Source: Owenia fusiformis (taxonomy: Eukaryota). Taken from it: a stretch of DNA of 64,000 bases. Below, in pieces: positions 28,772 through 43,305 of this stretch (the stretch's first letter is position 1; every line of letters starts with the position of its first letter). The translations under genes were made by a program, and so were the position numbers. Where the stretch lies: positions 21,328,001 through 21,392,000 of the forward strand of contig CAIIXF020000001.1 of the NCBI GenBank assembly GCA_903813345.2. The letters run 5' to 3'. The notes under the pieces were generated by a model that did no database searches, was not told where the DNA came from, and saw only the letters and a program-made list of their open reading frames with translations.

Positions 28772-28900
28772 ACAAGGCAGCTACAACTACAAACAGTGCA
28801 GCTATATCTCCAAACAAGGCAGCTACAGCTACAAACAGTGCATCTTTACCCTCTAAACAAGGCAGCTACATCTCCAAACAGTACAGCTACAAACAAGGCT
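28772..28900 (+). repeat. Degenerate tandem repeat (about 42-bp period) downstream of the TDH stop
   Basis: acaaggcagctac...caaacagt(g/a)ca recurs at about 28772, 28814, 28857 and partially at 28893. Confidence 0.7.
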
Positions 28901-30849
28901 GGGATTAGAAATAGATGAAGAACTGTGAAAAAATTGGATAAAAAGATTTGTCATGCTCTTTTGAGTCTTATTTGATAACTGTTCATTTGAACCTTTGTAC
29001 GAGTACATTATAACACCTGTAAGGTGGAACACCTTTAGATGTTAAACACATCTGTTAGTGGAACACTTCAAGTCCCAAGAGAAACTGACTTAATGTTAAA
29101 TGAATTTTTAAAAGTGGAACACCTCCCAGTGGAACACTTTGTAGAGGTACAAAAGGTGTTCCACTGTAGGATTTATTGTACTACTGTACATTGCACCTCT
29201 CATAAGTAATAACTTATTTTACGTTTCTCTAGCAAATAATTAGTCTTGCTTCAAGCCTCCCCCAAACCTATCTATCTATTTCAACACCAGTTGGTGGTTG
29301 AATGTCATGGGGTGATGTCACAAAGGCCTGTAGCTAGACTAGGAATTAATCTTAAAATAATGAGAAAGTTGGCATCTCTCATTTGAATCTCTTATTTGAA
29401 CTTGAAACCTGAAATACTGTAATATTGTATTTAGCCTAGTGCCCCTTGGGTTGATGAATCTTCAAAGATCTCTAGACATTAAGTATGTTCAAAAATCTCT
29501 AGATATTTAGTATGTTCATTTGCCGCTTTTGCAGGTTTTACTGTTTACACTGAAATTCTGATATACTATATGTCAAACAGTTTTTCACCATTCCAAAAAT
29601 ACTGTTTTTAGGCATTTGGAAGTGTTGTCCTATTTTGTCACTTGGTTTTCCAAGGTATATTATCAATTTTATTTATTGTCCATTCCGATATACGTTGTGT
29701 ATGAAGTATGATATTCTTGCAGGAAAAGTGATTGTTTTCCGATAGAGCACTGCATTTAGCATTTTCTTTTCTCCAATTTGACCAAAGTTAAAGCTATATC
29801 ACAATAACTGTAACTGTCTATTCTCCTTACTTATGCATATTCATTTTGGCCTTTTCACTATTTATTGAGTATTTGCAGTTCAAAAACTGATAAATTTACG
29901 CTTTATTTCATGGTCAGAGCAACATCAGCTGTATGAATCACAGTGATAAATTAATCTATTTGGGATCAGGATTGATATGCATATATCATTACGTCTACGA
30001 CATCATGAATTTATTTATTAGTTTCTCAACCAGTAGAGGATATTTCAGGTAGATATTGCTCTTAACCATGGTATAAAGTCGTTATTTACCTGCCGGAATG
30101 ATATGAGGAATATGAATGAATGATATTACCTTGTGATATTCCCCATATTAAATCGCTTCAAGTGAATAACTACTTCATATAACTCAAATACAGAGATTTG
30201 ATCTCAAGTGAATACTGTGTCTATACTACTTACAAATGAATATAAAACAATGACATGTAAAACTATCATTCCCATTTGCATTTTGAGGAACTGATATGAT
30301 ATTTGTTTTAAACACAATATGTTCATTGCTATGCTTTATTGAACACATTTATCGTTCAGAGAAACATATTATTGTTGAAAGAAACACATTTTTGCATTAT
30401 TTTTCAAAGAAACATATTATGTTGTTGAAAGAAACATTGTTTACAAAGAAACATGTTATACATGTATTGTTCAAAGAAACACATTGTTTGCTTTCTGTCG
30501 AGAAATGATTTTTGTAATCTCATTTAGGAAAATAAATTAGATTTTGAGGAAGCTATATGTATGAAATAATATTGACAGTACATGCAGATCCCTCAAGATA
30601 TTGTAGTGCTACATGTAGTTTGATAGTAAGCATCTTCAGTTGAAGAAATAGAGGAAAAATCATCATTGTTTATTGTTTTATGACCAGTGTATGAAATCTC
30701 ATCTCACTATATATAGTGGCATTCCATATTAACAATATAAGCACAGGCAGCTATTAAAATGTGACTGTATACATGTACTAATTGTAATATGAATATTTTT
30801 ACATTAGAAATAAAAATCTCATTTTAGTTTCATTTTAGTTTTCTTTATG

Positions 30850-30980
30850 TCATCACCAGAAGTGTTGACATATTGTTAGTCTCCAATTTTTTGTGGACAT
30901 TGTTCGGCGGTTGGTGTATGGGGTGGTGTCTTTAACAAATGGCAGGTGGTGACATTTTGCATGTTAATGCCTTGTTTATT
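30850..30980 (+). repeat. Dispersed short repeat family (copies at about 32755-32870 and 63280-63395; fragment near 15495)
   Basis: caccagaagtg...ttttttgt(g/a)ga...taacaaatggc(a/t)ggtggtg...tttgcatgttaatgcctt is shared. Confidence 0.75.
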
Positions 30981-33196
30981 CCTTTCTCTATTATGTAATA
31001 TTATATGGAGGATTTAAGCATTTTGAAAAGCATTATATTGTATTGTACATAGTATTGTATATGATATAGAAAATTATAAATACAATGCTGGTATTTGCTC
31101 TATCTCACATATAATACTGTATATGAACAGTGCAGTTGTATCTAATTTGTTATCTAACCTTGTAAAGAGATATGCTATCATAAACCCTGAGTACAGAGTT
31201 TGTAGATGAAGCTCTCTTTTAAGCTTTTTGATTGAAACATATGCCACCAAGGCTTGCCCTGTGCATTTGTTCGACTTAGCTTCTTAAACAGATTTTTGTT
31301 TTCAATACTGGACATTATGGGTATCAAAATTGAAACAACTGCTTGTACTTTATACTATTATTTTACTCTATCACTTTTATGTTAGTCTCAGATCACACAG
31401 AGGCATGGGCTTTCAACAGAGCTTGCTCGGTGATATCATGGCTCTGTCACGGGGCTTTATGTATTACCGAGCTTTTTCTGTGGTGTTTATATGCACAATC
31501 CTAGCTAGTATCTAGTATGTAGCCTTGTTGAGTAGTCTTGTATCAAGTTTATGACAGGTTGAGGGATGGCATGGTACAAGACTACCTACAAATATATTTG
31601 GCTTATTTTAGTTTATACAAAATTATACATTCCTATTAATGTTGATAATGTAAAAAAAAAATTTATGTCTCAAAGTCAGGAAACCTGTCAACATAAAACA
31701 ACATTAACCTGGCTTTCCATTCCACAAGTATATCAAGAGTTTAACAAGATCCAATGATATATAAACATAATTGGTATACATATGAGGAAAAAGTAATTTA
31801 TTTTGAATCATGATTATCACATCTGTTGATATGCAAGTATTGTATATGTTTAGATTTGAAAATGTTTGAAATAAAAGAAATGAGCTCAAAGTTATTATTT
31901 TAACCTGTTTTTCATACCATTTATTTTGTCAAATCCATAGGTAATGATGATACATTGCCATGTGTGATAGATATCCAGTGTATCCCCATTGCCGGTTTAT
32001 CATCTTCATTCACTTGGCTCTCATTGGACTGAACCTAGTGATGACTGACCATGCAAGATGTATGTAAGGACTGTCAAAAGATGGCTAAGCGAATTGAATT
32101 TTATGCATAAACATAAAACTGCTTCAAGAATCTGATTTATTTTAATACACTGTACCTAAAATCGTGTGCCATTAAATCTATGAGGTAAAGAATAAGGAAG
32201 AGAATATTGATTATTTTGATATATAGGGTGTCCATAAAGTCTTTATACAGACTTTGTATTGTAATTGTAAAGAAATTTTATGGACACCCTGAAAATAGTG
32301 AAAGTTTGAAATGAGCAATTTCACACACAACCCACTGAACCCAATGAGAAAGTCCTAGCAAACAACTCGATGACTGCCATCTATATGATACCTTAACATT
32401 TCTTTTGACACCTCTGGGCCATTGTTAACCTGCACTGATAACATCCCGTAGTGTAAACACAGTTCAAGGCCACCTTGGTGGTTTATTGATTACAGTCTTA
32501 CAGCTATTAAATATTTTGTCCAAAGTTCATGTTTCTTGATTTATGGAAGCTTATTTATGAAATGTGAACTTTGTAATAGGCCTACATTCAGTATTCAGAT
32601 AATCTTAACTGGAGAATCTTAAATGCAAATCCAGACATAACATACAGGTAAATGATTGCAATGTAACTTTTATGATTGTTTCATGTAGTAAGGAATAAGG
32701 AAGAGAAAATTGATATTATGTTGATATACAGGGTGTCAATAAAGTCTTTACACAAGAAGTGTTGAGATTCGTTATCTACATCTTTTTTGTGGATGGTGTT
32801 TAGCAGTTGGTGTTTGACATCTGTAACAAATGGCAGGTGGTGACATTTTGCACGCTAATGTCTTGTTTTATTTGTACTGAGCTGTTATACATCTTAAAAA
32901 TTCTTATATTCAGTATAGGCCTGCATTAAGAAATCAAATCAATTTTATTAAAACTGAAAAGTTTATCATTTCCATTTTATAAGAGGTACTTGGAAACTTA
33001 ACCTGGAAAAAACTTACTTTCTCCAATTATTTTCAAATACTGAATTGAATTGATCAACATAATTTTGAATGATGGGTTCACGTATGATATCAACTTAATT
33101 GAATTCTGGAGGTTTAATAAGTTAAATAATCAGTGTTAACTGAAAGTGAATTGAATTTTCTAGTTCTAGGGGTCACCCATTGACTTGTGTAACATA

Positions 33197-36100
33197 ATGA
33201 TTTGCTGGTTGGAGCACATTGTCTTCACAGTAGTGGTTGCTGTCCTAGTGAAGATTGGAATCAATGAAGGGACTGAAGGTGTGCTGCGTACCATTGTGGT
33301 CACCCTCAAGGCAGTGCCAGGTGAGTATGTGTGGCTAATACCATGGGTCTGGAGGTACTCATAGATGATTGAAATTTAAATAATTGAGGCAAAACTTAAG
33401 CAAGATATTCCAACATATTTTACTTCCATTGGACAACTTTTTAGAATTTAGAAAAGAATGTTTAAAATATGTTTCTATATGCCCATGTTTAGACATACTC
33501 AAAATACAGTGATATAAAAGAGATAATAATGCTATGCATGACAATTTCTCACACACAATGCTCACAAACGTGTGCATATTCCAGGTGTAAACTGGCTTAT
33601 TCATCTGGTCCTTAGAAGTGAAGTGAGGGGATTTGTCAAACAAATTGAAACCAAACAAGGCAAGAAACAATCCACAGGGCCAAGAGTGACAATCCCAGCC
33701 AAAGGTAAATTCAATATTATCCAAAAGAATGTTTTTAAGGATTTAAGTATTGAGTGATATTTATGGAAAGGGTGTGTGCCCCTCCTTTTTTGGTGATACA
33801 TGTTGATTTTGAATAATAGGGAGTTTAAGCTTGCAATGTTTTTCACAACCTAAACGCGAATTGAAAATATATAGTGATGCATTTGAAGGGCAATTGGTCA
33901 TACGTATAGGTTGGCATTTCAATTTTTTATGCAAGCTTAAACTCTCTATTAACTTGATATAACTGATAAAATTATACATGTACAAATATAATATAAGGGT
34001 AAATTGTTGCTTTTTTCAGGTGTACCACATGATGAGCTTTACAAAGAAATGGAGGTGCTAAAGCAGGGAGAAATTGATCCAGAAGATGGAAAAATATTTG
34101 CATACGTCTACACTGCTGGCAGTGAGAACTTCAAGATACAACAGAAAGCATTTTCTCTATTTTGTGGTATGTTTTTTGTATGCTCACTTGGGATGAAACT
34201 GAAATTTTATCTACATGTATATACATTTTAGCATTGCTTCAAGCTTTATAAAAAGTTTGATGTTACTTGATAAATAGCTTTATTGAGAATCTTTGAGGTT
34301 TGAAGTTGGCATAATTTTAGTCACAATTGGCATTTTTAAAATCAAAATACCTAGGCATACTTTGCCAAATTGGCATTGTCTTTTGAGCTCCGATGAAAAA
34401 TTAAACCCCCTTGAAAATTCAGATCCCATCTAAAAATCAATTGAATATAATTATACTATTTTCTAGAGAAGACTGGTTATTCAGGGGACCATGATGCCTT
34501 GGTGACAGCTTTCCACCACGCCTTCATGCATGAGAATGCACTCAACCCAATGGTCTTCCCAAGTCTCAGGTTACACTTTACAATTATAGATAATAGTAAA
34601 AAAAATATACATTTGCTATTTATTTTAACCCACTGTCAAAATGATTACTAGTATTTATTTTATTTAAGGTAGTTCCATATGATTACAAATTAAAATGGAT
34701 TCTTAATTAGCACATGTTATTTTAATATGTGACTGATAAGGATGTCATGCAATTTTCATTATTTGGAAATATCTTAACTGCTCTGAATGTGAATGAAAAT
34801 ATTGTCCCCCAAGTTCACCATGCTAAAGCAATATTCACTTTTACAACAATCTTGTGAACAATTTAAAATTTATTGAACAGAACAGAGCCAGAGTAAACAA
34901 ATAGATAAATGATGTGGCATGTACTCATATGGACTATGTTGATTTTGAATGTTCTAATCTCAATTATTCCACCAGGCGTATGGAAACAGAGGCAATTAGC
35001 ATGTCAGCTGGAATGTTGAATGGAGATGACGAGGTGGTGGGATCGTTGACAAGTGGCGGAACAGAGAGCATCTTGATGGCTGTGAAAACATACAGGGACA
35101 GAGCAAAGAAACTGTTTCCACAGATAAAGGAACCAGAAATGGTAGATGATGTTACATACATTTAGGGGAACAGCAGTTAGAAAACATGGTCTGTTATACA
35201 TAATCTATTTAGAGAATGTATAACTTGATATTTAGACTGGAAATAATGTACATGTATTAAACTGGTGCATTTGGTTAAATATGTACTGTACTTTACTGTG
35301 TACTGTACCGTAACACTTGCTGATATTGGTATTATTATTCTAAAGGTGGCTCCCATTACCATCCACCCTGCATTTGAGAAGGCTGGCCATTACTTTGGTG
35401 TTAAGATTGTGCACACTGCTCTTGGGAAGGACTATAAGGCAGTGCCTGGACTCATTAGGAGGGTAAATATTTCACATTGTTACCTTGACATTCTTTGGTA
35501 ATTTAAAATTGATACCTTATTGACCTTGAAATATAGGTTTTGCCTTCCATGGTAGTTCATGGCGATCACTGAAATCATAAATACATTTCTCTCATTTTCA
35601 GCCTATCACATATAAATGCATTTGTATAATTTTCAGGCCATCACTAGGAACACTATAGCAATATTATGCTCAGCTCCCCAGTATCCACACGGGGTAGTTG
35701 ATCCAGTATCAGAACTTTCAGATTTAGCAGTAGATAAAGGTCTTCCACTGCATGTAGATGCATGCTTTGGTGGATTCATGCTTCCATGGTGAGTTATTGA
35801 GTTATTTAGCCAAATTAAAAAAACAAACCCCTTTCTACCATGAAGTATTTTAATTATAAGGTTTTATCACCATTAAAAGAATATTAGAAATATATTTTGA
35901 CATAGATGATTATTCTCCACCAACTTGTACATTAACTAAAGTACTGTACGATGACTATAAAAACCATATTTATTATTTAGGGTGGAAAAACTCGGCTACA
36001 CAGTTCCAGTGTTTGATTTTCGACTTCCTGGTGTCACATCAATGTCTGCTGATATACATAAGTATGGGTTTGGTGCTAAGGTAATTATGGAATAAGGTCA

Positions 36101-38252
36101 ACTATTAAAGGCCAAAATGAAATATTTGTTAGTAATCCTGAAGCATTTCTGTTTTCTTATGTAAGATTTTTATTAAAGGGATTATACTTTCTCATATGAC
36201 ATGCTAAAATACTCTGATTATAATTAATTAGTGTTTTGAAATAATTTAGGGAGCTAGTGTAGTGCTATACAGAAATGCTGAAATCCGCAAGTTCCAGATA
36301 TTTGCATATGCTGATTGGCCTGGTGGTCTGTTTGGTTCACCTTCTATGGCTGGTACAAGACCAGGTACTGCATAGTCTAACATGCATTTTAAAGTAGTTT
36401 TGTGAAAATTTGCAGAACATCAGAAAGGCATTTACATCAGTGGTCCCCTATACTCATTATGAATTTTTCATTGTATTATGGCATGATTTCTATTTTCATG
36501 TTCTTTTACATATAACTTCCTTATTATTACTTCTATATTATGTGATAATAATTTTAGACTACATATGAAAGTGCCAAACAAAATGTATCAGTCCCTCCTA
36601 ACCTACATGTACATTGAATATTTTTAAGGAATTCAATGTGAAGTAAAAGTCAAATGTATCATGATTTTTGACAACATATTCTGATGTAAGAAGAATCAAA
36701 GAAATATTTTTAATTAAAGGATTGTAGACAAATAAGTAATGTAAAGTGAATCCATATTGTTTCAGGTGGTAATATTGCTGCAGCATGGGCCGCTCTGAAG
36801 GGAATGGGAGTTGAGGGCTACATGAATATGGCAAAACAGCTCATGGATACAACAGTCCGATTAAAAGAAGGAATTAATAAAATTGAGGTATATGCAGTAA
36901 AACCCTTCTCCTGAACATCTCGAAATGTTTGCTATTTTTCTTGGTCCCAACTTTATTGTTTCCCATTGATTCACATAATAAGAAACCTTGAAATGTGAAC
37001 ACATGGGTTGACATCATTCAAGAATTTCCAGTGAAGGAATATAGGGACCTCCCACCAAGACAAATTCTACATGTTCTACACATGTTATTATCATTAATCT
37101 TGTAATAAACAGAAAGAGTAAAATATTACATTGATCTCCCCGGGATTTTTTCTCAGGTGGGTGCAAAATTATCATTTTCACAATTCAGACCAAAATTGGT
37201 CAAAATATGCCAATTTTTCATGATTTTTCTCATTTTTAAGTGGGTGCAAATGGATTTTCAGGTGGATGCAAGCCTATTTTCAAAATCTCAGGTGGGTGCT
37301 GCGCTCACTTGCTTTAATGCTGGGTAGATCACTGTATTATTTATTATTTTACACTGAAAGACTGCTAACATTGAACAGTATATGTACTTTTTATTATACA
37401 CAGATTTTTCTCTCTCTAGGGGTTACAAATTTTAGGTGACCCCCACATGACAGCATTTTCGATTGGTTCAACTGACTCGGAAATTGATATCCTGGCTTTG
37501 GCTGACAATATGGAAGAAAAGGGTAAATAAGAGACATTAAAAGTAATTTCTTGGTTAATGTTTTTTCCATCTTTCTCACATAAATGTCATTCCTCTGTCA
37601 ACTACTACCTAAAAACATATCTTAATTAGAAATCATCTTTATATGATTTTATCCAATTCTGAAACTCTTTCTGTTCTGCAAGCTAAGATGGATATAAAAT
37701 GATGGTACATTTTAGGTTGGAAAGTTGAACGACAACAAAAACCAAGTTCTCTCCATTGCACCATTATGCCCCATCATGTAAATGTCGTGGACGAGTTGTT
37801 AGAAGCTATGAGGGAAAGTGCCAAAGCTGTCAAGGTAAGTAGACTTGTTCCTTTTTTTTCTTAAAGAGGCTAACCACCAGTCAGGTCATGCAGAATTGCT
37901 GTCCACTGGGTCTAAACAACTGATGCATTCTGGTTCTAGATACCACTGTCAATAGCAATAAGAAAGAATCTGGCTAGCTGGGGCCTTGGTCAATCAGAAT
38001 GGTTGCATTAGAGTTGAATTATTCAGTATACTGAACAAATTCTTCACCTCCAACTGACCAATTAGTATTAATATTAGAACTTTCTAAAAAACTGGGATAG
38101 TTGAATCCTTAAATATTTATTTTGCTTTCCAGTCAAACAAAGCTCTGTCGAAGAAAGGAAGTGCCGCTATGTATGGAATGGTTGGAAATATTCCTGACAA
38201 TGGAATAGTCAATGACTTTCTAGTTGAATTCTTTAGTGAAATGTACAAATAG
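33197..38252 (+). CDS. SGPL1: Sphingosine-1-phosphate lyase family (PLP-dependent group II decarboxylase fold), about 535 aa, 13 coding exons; possibly a paralog rather than the SGPL1 ortholog
   Basis: Exons 33197-33320, 33585-33704, 34020-34166, 34467-34569, 34976-35141, 35346-35462, 35637-35788, 35981-36080, 36250-36364, 36766-36887, 37420-37522, 37716-37834, 38133-38252. Motifs [48 protein letters not shown] (PLP lysine), [17 protein letters not shown]; hydrophobic N-terminal anchor. Confidence 0.92.
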
Positions 38253-40149
38253 TGTGCTTGAGACTGTGAATTCTACAAATATGAACAACTTTGAACCACA
38301 TCTGGAACTCTATTTCAAAAACTCTGTACTGGCTACTGAATTGCCAATCATTGCCTTTTCTATCAGAATATATTTTTGCTGGAATATCTGCAATTGTTTT
38401 ACAGTGTTATTATTTCAAGAGAAAAGCTCATACATAGATATAGACAAATAAATATGCCACCAACATTAAAGGCAGAATCTGATCCATAGGGGGTGACACA
38501 ATTACAAGCAACATGTATAATTGACCTACCAATCTATTCCTTACAATCTCAAATACAATATCTCCCAAAAGATTCATGATATGTTATAAATTGGTGAAGT
38601 TATTAATGATTCAAAGTGCAAAAATGAGTGAAAAATGTTTAAATTCTCCCAAATAATAAGAATGGTAGAAAAATAGTAGAAAAATAATACATTATTGTAA
38701 AAATCTTTAGTTTTCCTGGAATAAAGTATGCACTTTTGTGATTTTTAGAAAATAGACATGACAAGGAATGACATGAGCCAAAAATATTCTAAAATTGAAA
38801 CAATTTTTTGTTTAGCTTGCTCGCTATATCTGATTCTCTCTTTAATTATGATCTTGCCTCAATGAAACAAATTACCCTTTTTGTGAGGTACTGGGTGGGG
38901 TGGTATCTGAATATTACTTTATTGGTAAGTCACTCTCATGAGGTAGTTAAACTTAAAAATAGTCTCCAAGACATTCCTTGACATTATTGTAACCCTCATC
39001 CTCTTGTGTATCAACATAGAACATCTGTGCATTTATATCAAAGATGCATCAGGGATGATGAGATTCAGTTTTGCAACCCCCCCCTAAATCCTAATAAATA
39101 CCTCATATCTCATATCCACAGTTGAAGATATACAGTGAGAGGGGTCCAAAGACAAAAACACAAGTAATGAAATGCATTAGTCCGGACATATTCAAATCTC
39201 CATAATACTATGTCATATCTTTGTACAATTTCCTTTATTATTTTAAGAGAAACAAACACTTCTTTAGAATTATTGAATAAATATATATTTTAAAATGAAA
39301 ATATCTTTTAAACAATAAAAAATGAATAACATAATATTTGTAAACATAACTTCTGTTGAATAAGGGAATGTCTGATGTTTCCAAAATATGAAGCAGTTAT
39401 ATGGTTGTTTAATTCTACTTAAACAATGCAACATTGTGGTATACTTTTATTACAGTACAGAGTTTATCCCCTGGGAAATATGTATATAAGGATTCAGTAG
39501 GTACATTTATTTCCAAAGGGATAAACCCTTTATCCAAAAGTGACTGAATTAAACAGATGTATCCCATACCTACTGAAGTTTTAGTTACATTTTACCCTGT
39601 AAGATTTTCTCTATTTTTACGAAAGTTGATAAAAATTAATTTTAAGAAAAACCAATGGATACAGCTGTATGTCCTTGTTATCCTTTGCGATATATAGCAA
39701 GATGCAATATATCCACCTCCAAAGACCACTTTATATTTCCTCAATTTATGTATCTATAGAGCCTCAGAAGGTATGGGATAAATGCATATATGGAATGGCT
39801 ATACAAATCACTTAGACTAACATATACTTGTACTGAGTATAAGTGTACTTGTACTGAGTATAACATACCGCACATAGAACATTCTCAATTTTACAAAAAC
39901 TATAATGGCACTAAATTAAAATAATACTGTACAATATCAATAGATGCATGGATTACAATTACTTGCTACTAAATGAAAATCTTAAAACATGCAATCTGAA
40001 TGAATAAAATATTTTGGACCATTGTTTGTTGGCAATATTTTGTGAAAAATATGTAGAAAGCTAATCAATTGCTTAATTAATATGATAAACTATTTGCTCG
40101 TGCTAAGCCATGAACATCTACTTCTTCGTCTCATCATATCTAATACATA

Positions 40150-41181
40150 CGAGGGGGGATTCATAAGTAGTGGGACTTTTCTGAGGCAGCAAGTCCCTGT
40201 GTACATATCTCAACCAAATTTGGCACATGAACGGACTAGGATATAAGGCATTGTTTGGTGAAATTTCAATTTAATTCATTTTGTTCCCTAGCAACGATGG
40301 TTGCTATGGTAACCAAAAGTAGGGGTTAACGGAGCAGTTAAAAAATGAAGGGCTTGTTCAACATAAATATGCTCATAAATATCTCAAAATGACAGTTATT
40401 TTCAAATATTTGGTTTCATATTGTCTCAGGCCTTGTAGTCATGACAACTGTAACATATATTACTTCATCATGCTATTGTGATGTCACACAAAGCAGTGAC
40501 ACCAGGACACTGCCATTTTCAGTCCTTCTTGGATGGAGCAAAATTTGATTAAAACAGCAATGAAAAAGCAAGAATCATGTATAAACATCCGTGCTGTGAT
40601 TAAATTTTATGCTTTGAAGAAGTTTTCAGTATTAGAGACCTGTAGAGGCTTGTTGGAAGTCTATGGGAAAGAAGAAGTAAAAGAATCTACAGTATATAGG
40701 TGGTATTCTGTATATGTATTCTGAATATGCTGTGAGAGCCGAGATGACCAATCTTGGAAAATATGGTTTTGAGGGTGCATACCTATAATGGTTGAGGAGA
40801 TGCCAAAAATGCATTGATTGTCATGGCGAATACTTTGAGAAAGAGTGAGATTGCACCAGAAGGATAAGGAATCAATAGTCTTGCACAGAATTGATGTGCT
40901 CAACAAAAGGACTAGCTAGAAGTCACGGATTAGATCACGTCCTGAATATCAGTTGAGACTTGTATATTTAACTAGCAATTAGTGACAAACAATGTGCTCC
41001 GTGGGCCCTGTTGTGACGTCATGATTGGAACTCTCACTTTACTGAAGTTGGGTGTAACTTTTTGAAATTTTCACACAATGATTATCACATGTTTGTGGTT
41101 CTGTGTTACAAGTCTGAATAAAATCTGGTTGATATAAGTGAAGTTATAGCATTTGTCCCACTACTTATGAATCCCCCCTCG
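40150..41181 (+). mobile_element. Decayed, internally deleted mariner element
   Basis: TA|cgaggggggattcataagtagtgggac ... gtcccactacttatgaatcccccctcg|TA. ORF 40533..40724 encodes a mariner HTH (IRAVIKF...LLEVYGKEEVKESTVYRWY). Confidence 0.9.
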
Positions 41182-41253
41182 TACATGAACTTCTACTAGA
41201 AGAACATCTGTTTTGAATTTGTTGTTAAACATCATGTTTTACAAGGACATTAG

Positions 41254-41935
41254 GTGACAGGTCATCTCAACCCCAAGTCATCTCAACCCAGTCCAACTCA
41301 ACCCCAAGTCAAGTCAACCCCAGTAAAACTCAACCCAAAGTCAACTCAACCCTGTAAAACTCAACCCCAGTAAAACTCAACCCTATTCATTTGTGCAATT
41401 TTTTATGATGAATAATTTAAGTCATTGATTTCTGAAAATCTAGCATTTTGCATGATCCTTTGAATAGAAAGTTGTAAAAGTATTCCGAAAGAAAACGATT
41501 AATTAACTATTAATTAATTTAAGACATCTTTTGAAATCAATTTTTAGATAATTTAGAAATAATCAACAAATGTAATATAACTTTTTATTTATATGAACAT
41601 GCTTTAACAAAAACATTAACATTTACTAATTAATAGACCGGAAGCATATAGGCATAGCCAGGAGGGGTGCGCACACACCCTCCCCCAATTTTGAAGGAAG
41701 TTGGATCATTTTTTGTCAAAACATATATTTTTTTGGCTCGCTTATGCCAAGATCGGCAGAATTATTTTAATGAAATAAACTTTCTTATAAGTTCATCAAT
41801 ATATAGAAATATGGGGGTTGAGTTTTACTGGGGTTGAGTTGACTTGGGGTTGAGTTTTACAGGGGTCGACTTGACTTGGGGTTGAGTTGAGTTGGACTGG
41901 GTTGAGATGACTCGGGGTTGAGATGACCAGAAGGC
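41254..41935. mobile_element. Foldback (Mutator-like) element with tandem subterminal TCAACCCC repeats
   Basis: About 15-bp ctcaacccc repeats at 41260-41385 mirrored by ggggttgag repeats at 41813-41928; 9-bp TSD GGACATTAG at 41245-41253 and 41936-41944. Confidence 0.88.
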
Positions 41936-43305
41936 GGACATTAGTACATGTATGAATGAAATGTCCCATAGTCTGGTGATCATTGTTACTAAATGATGGA
42001 GGGAAGGGGCTTAAGATATTGTTTCACCATGTCTTTGTAACAGAATGTTTGGAGTGTAGTGTAACTCTTGAATGTTTCTTTTTCAAACTCTTTAATTTTT
42101 CAGTCTTCTCCTTTTGGTACTTGTGCTTGTATATTCACTTAACAAAACAGATGCACATTTCATTTTACTGTAATAATATAGCAATTAACAGAATAATCGA
42201 TAAGCGTTGACAAAAACGCTCTTATCAAATCAATATCTATAATAATTAGCAAAAATTAAAGCTACACTAAAACTGTGCAGCTACTTCTGACAAGCCATGT
42301 GACAATTTATAATAGTAACAAAAATAAATATTGGTATAACATGTATTTTTTAAATTAACGCTTGCATGTTTTAGATGTACATTGATTCATTTCAACAAAA
42401 TACAGTGACTAATATCGAACTTGGAAGAGCAAGATGCATGCCGAAACACACGCAGCCCAAACACACACATGCCCAACAGTTCAAGATGTCAACATAATGG
42501 CATGTGTAACAAAAATTAAGATCCATGTTTTATTTGATTTGTTTACCAAAAACTGGATTTTTTTAAATCCTCGAATTATTTAATGTTAATCTTTCAATAA
42601 GAAACTTCTTCCTTTCATTCTAAATCTCACTATCAATAGGAATGTTATACAATTTATTGGCTTCTGTTTTGCAACAGTTAATGCTTGAACCGAGTACAAA
42701 TTACATCCAGCCAGATTCACGATGATTTGAGTGTTACATGTACATGATTTTTGTATTTTTTAATATATGAAATTATTCTTTTAACAACTCTGTGTACAGA
42801 ACATAAATCGAAAAAAAGTTTTTCTTCAGAGTGTAACATCTAACAGTGTCAAGATATAGGGAGAGAAAATATTCTAGCATAGTGCAGTAGTAAAAGCATT
42901 CAATATACAGTTAGCAAGTGTAACACAGGCCTTGAGTTTATTGATTTTCTCCCTATATCATGACATGTATACTAACATCTAATCAACTTAAATCATCTTA
43001 AATATAATATGCAACAAGACAGGGAGCGGTAAATATCACACTTTGAAGAGCAAAATGGTCGCCGTGCAGATCTTGGCACTAGTCTGCCCTTTTAAAATTC
43101 TAACAAATTGAACAAATAAGCAATTTTTTATGAAAGCATAAGATAGCATTTTTCTAACACCCTTTTTAAAATTCTATAAAATACAAAACTTATCTCAAAA
43201 CTGTACTGTTTATGTACAGTATGTCAGCCTTTGCACTCTAGATTTAAACAAAGTGTCAGATCTAAGTAAGCATTTAAATAATAACAAATCAGAACGTGTG
43301 AAGTT

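Noticed and set aside
43020-43110. Alternative last exon of FBXO10
   Set aside because: The segment resembles 62012-62040 (aaaagcagactagtgc...gatc), suggesting a repeat fragment, and the upstream exon already gives a conserved CaaX end.
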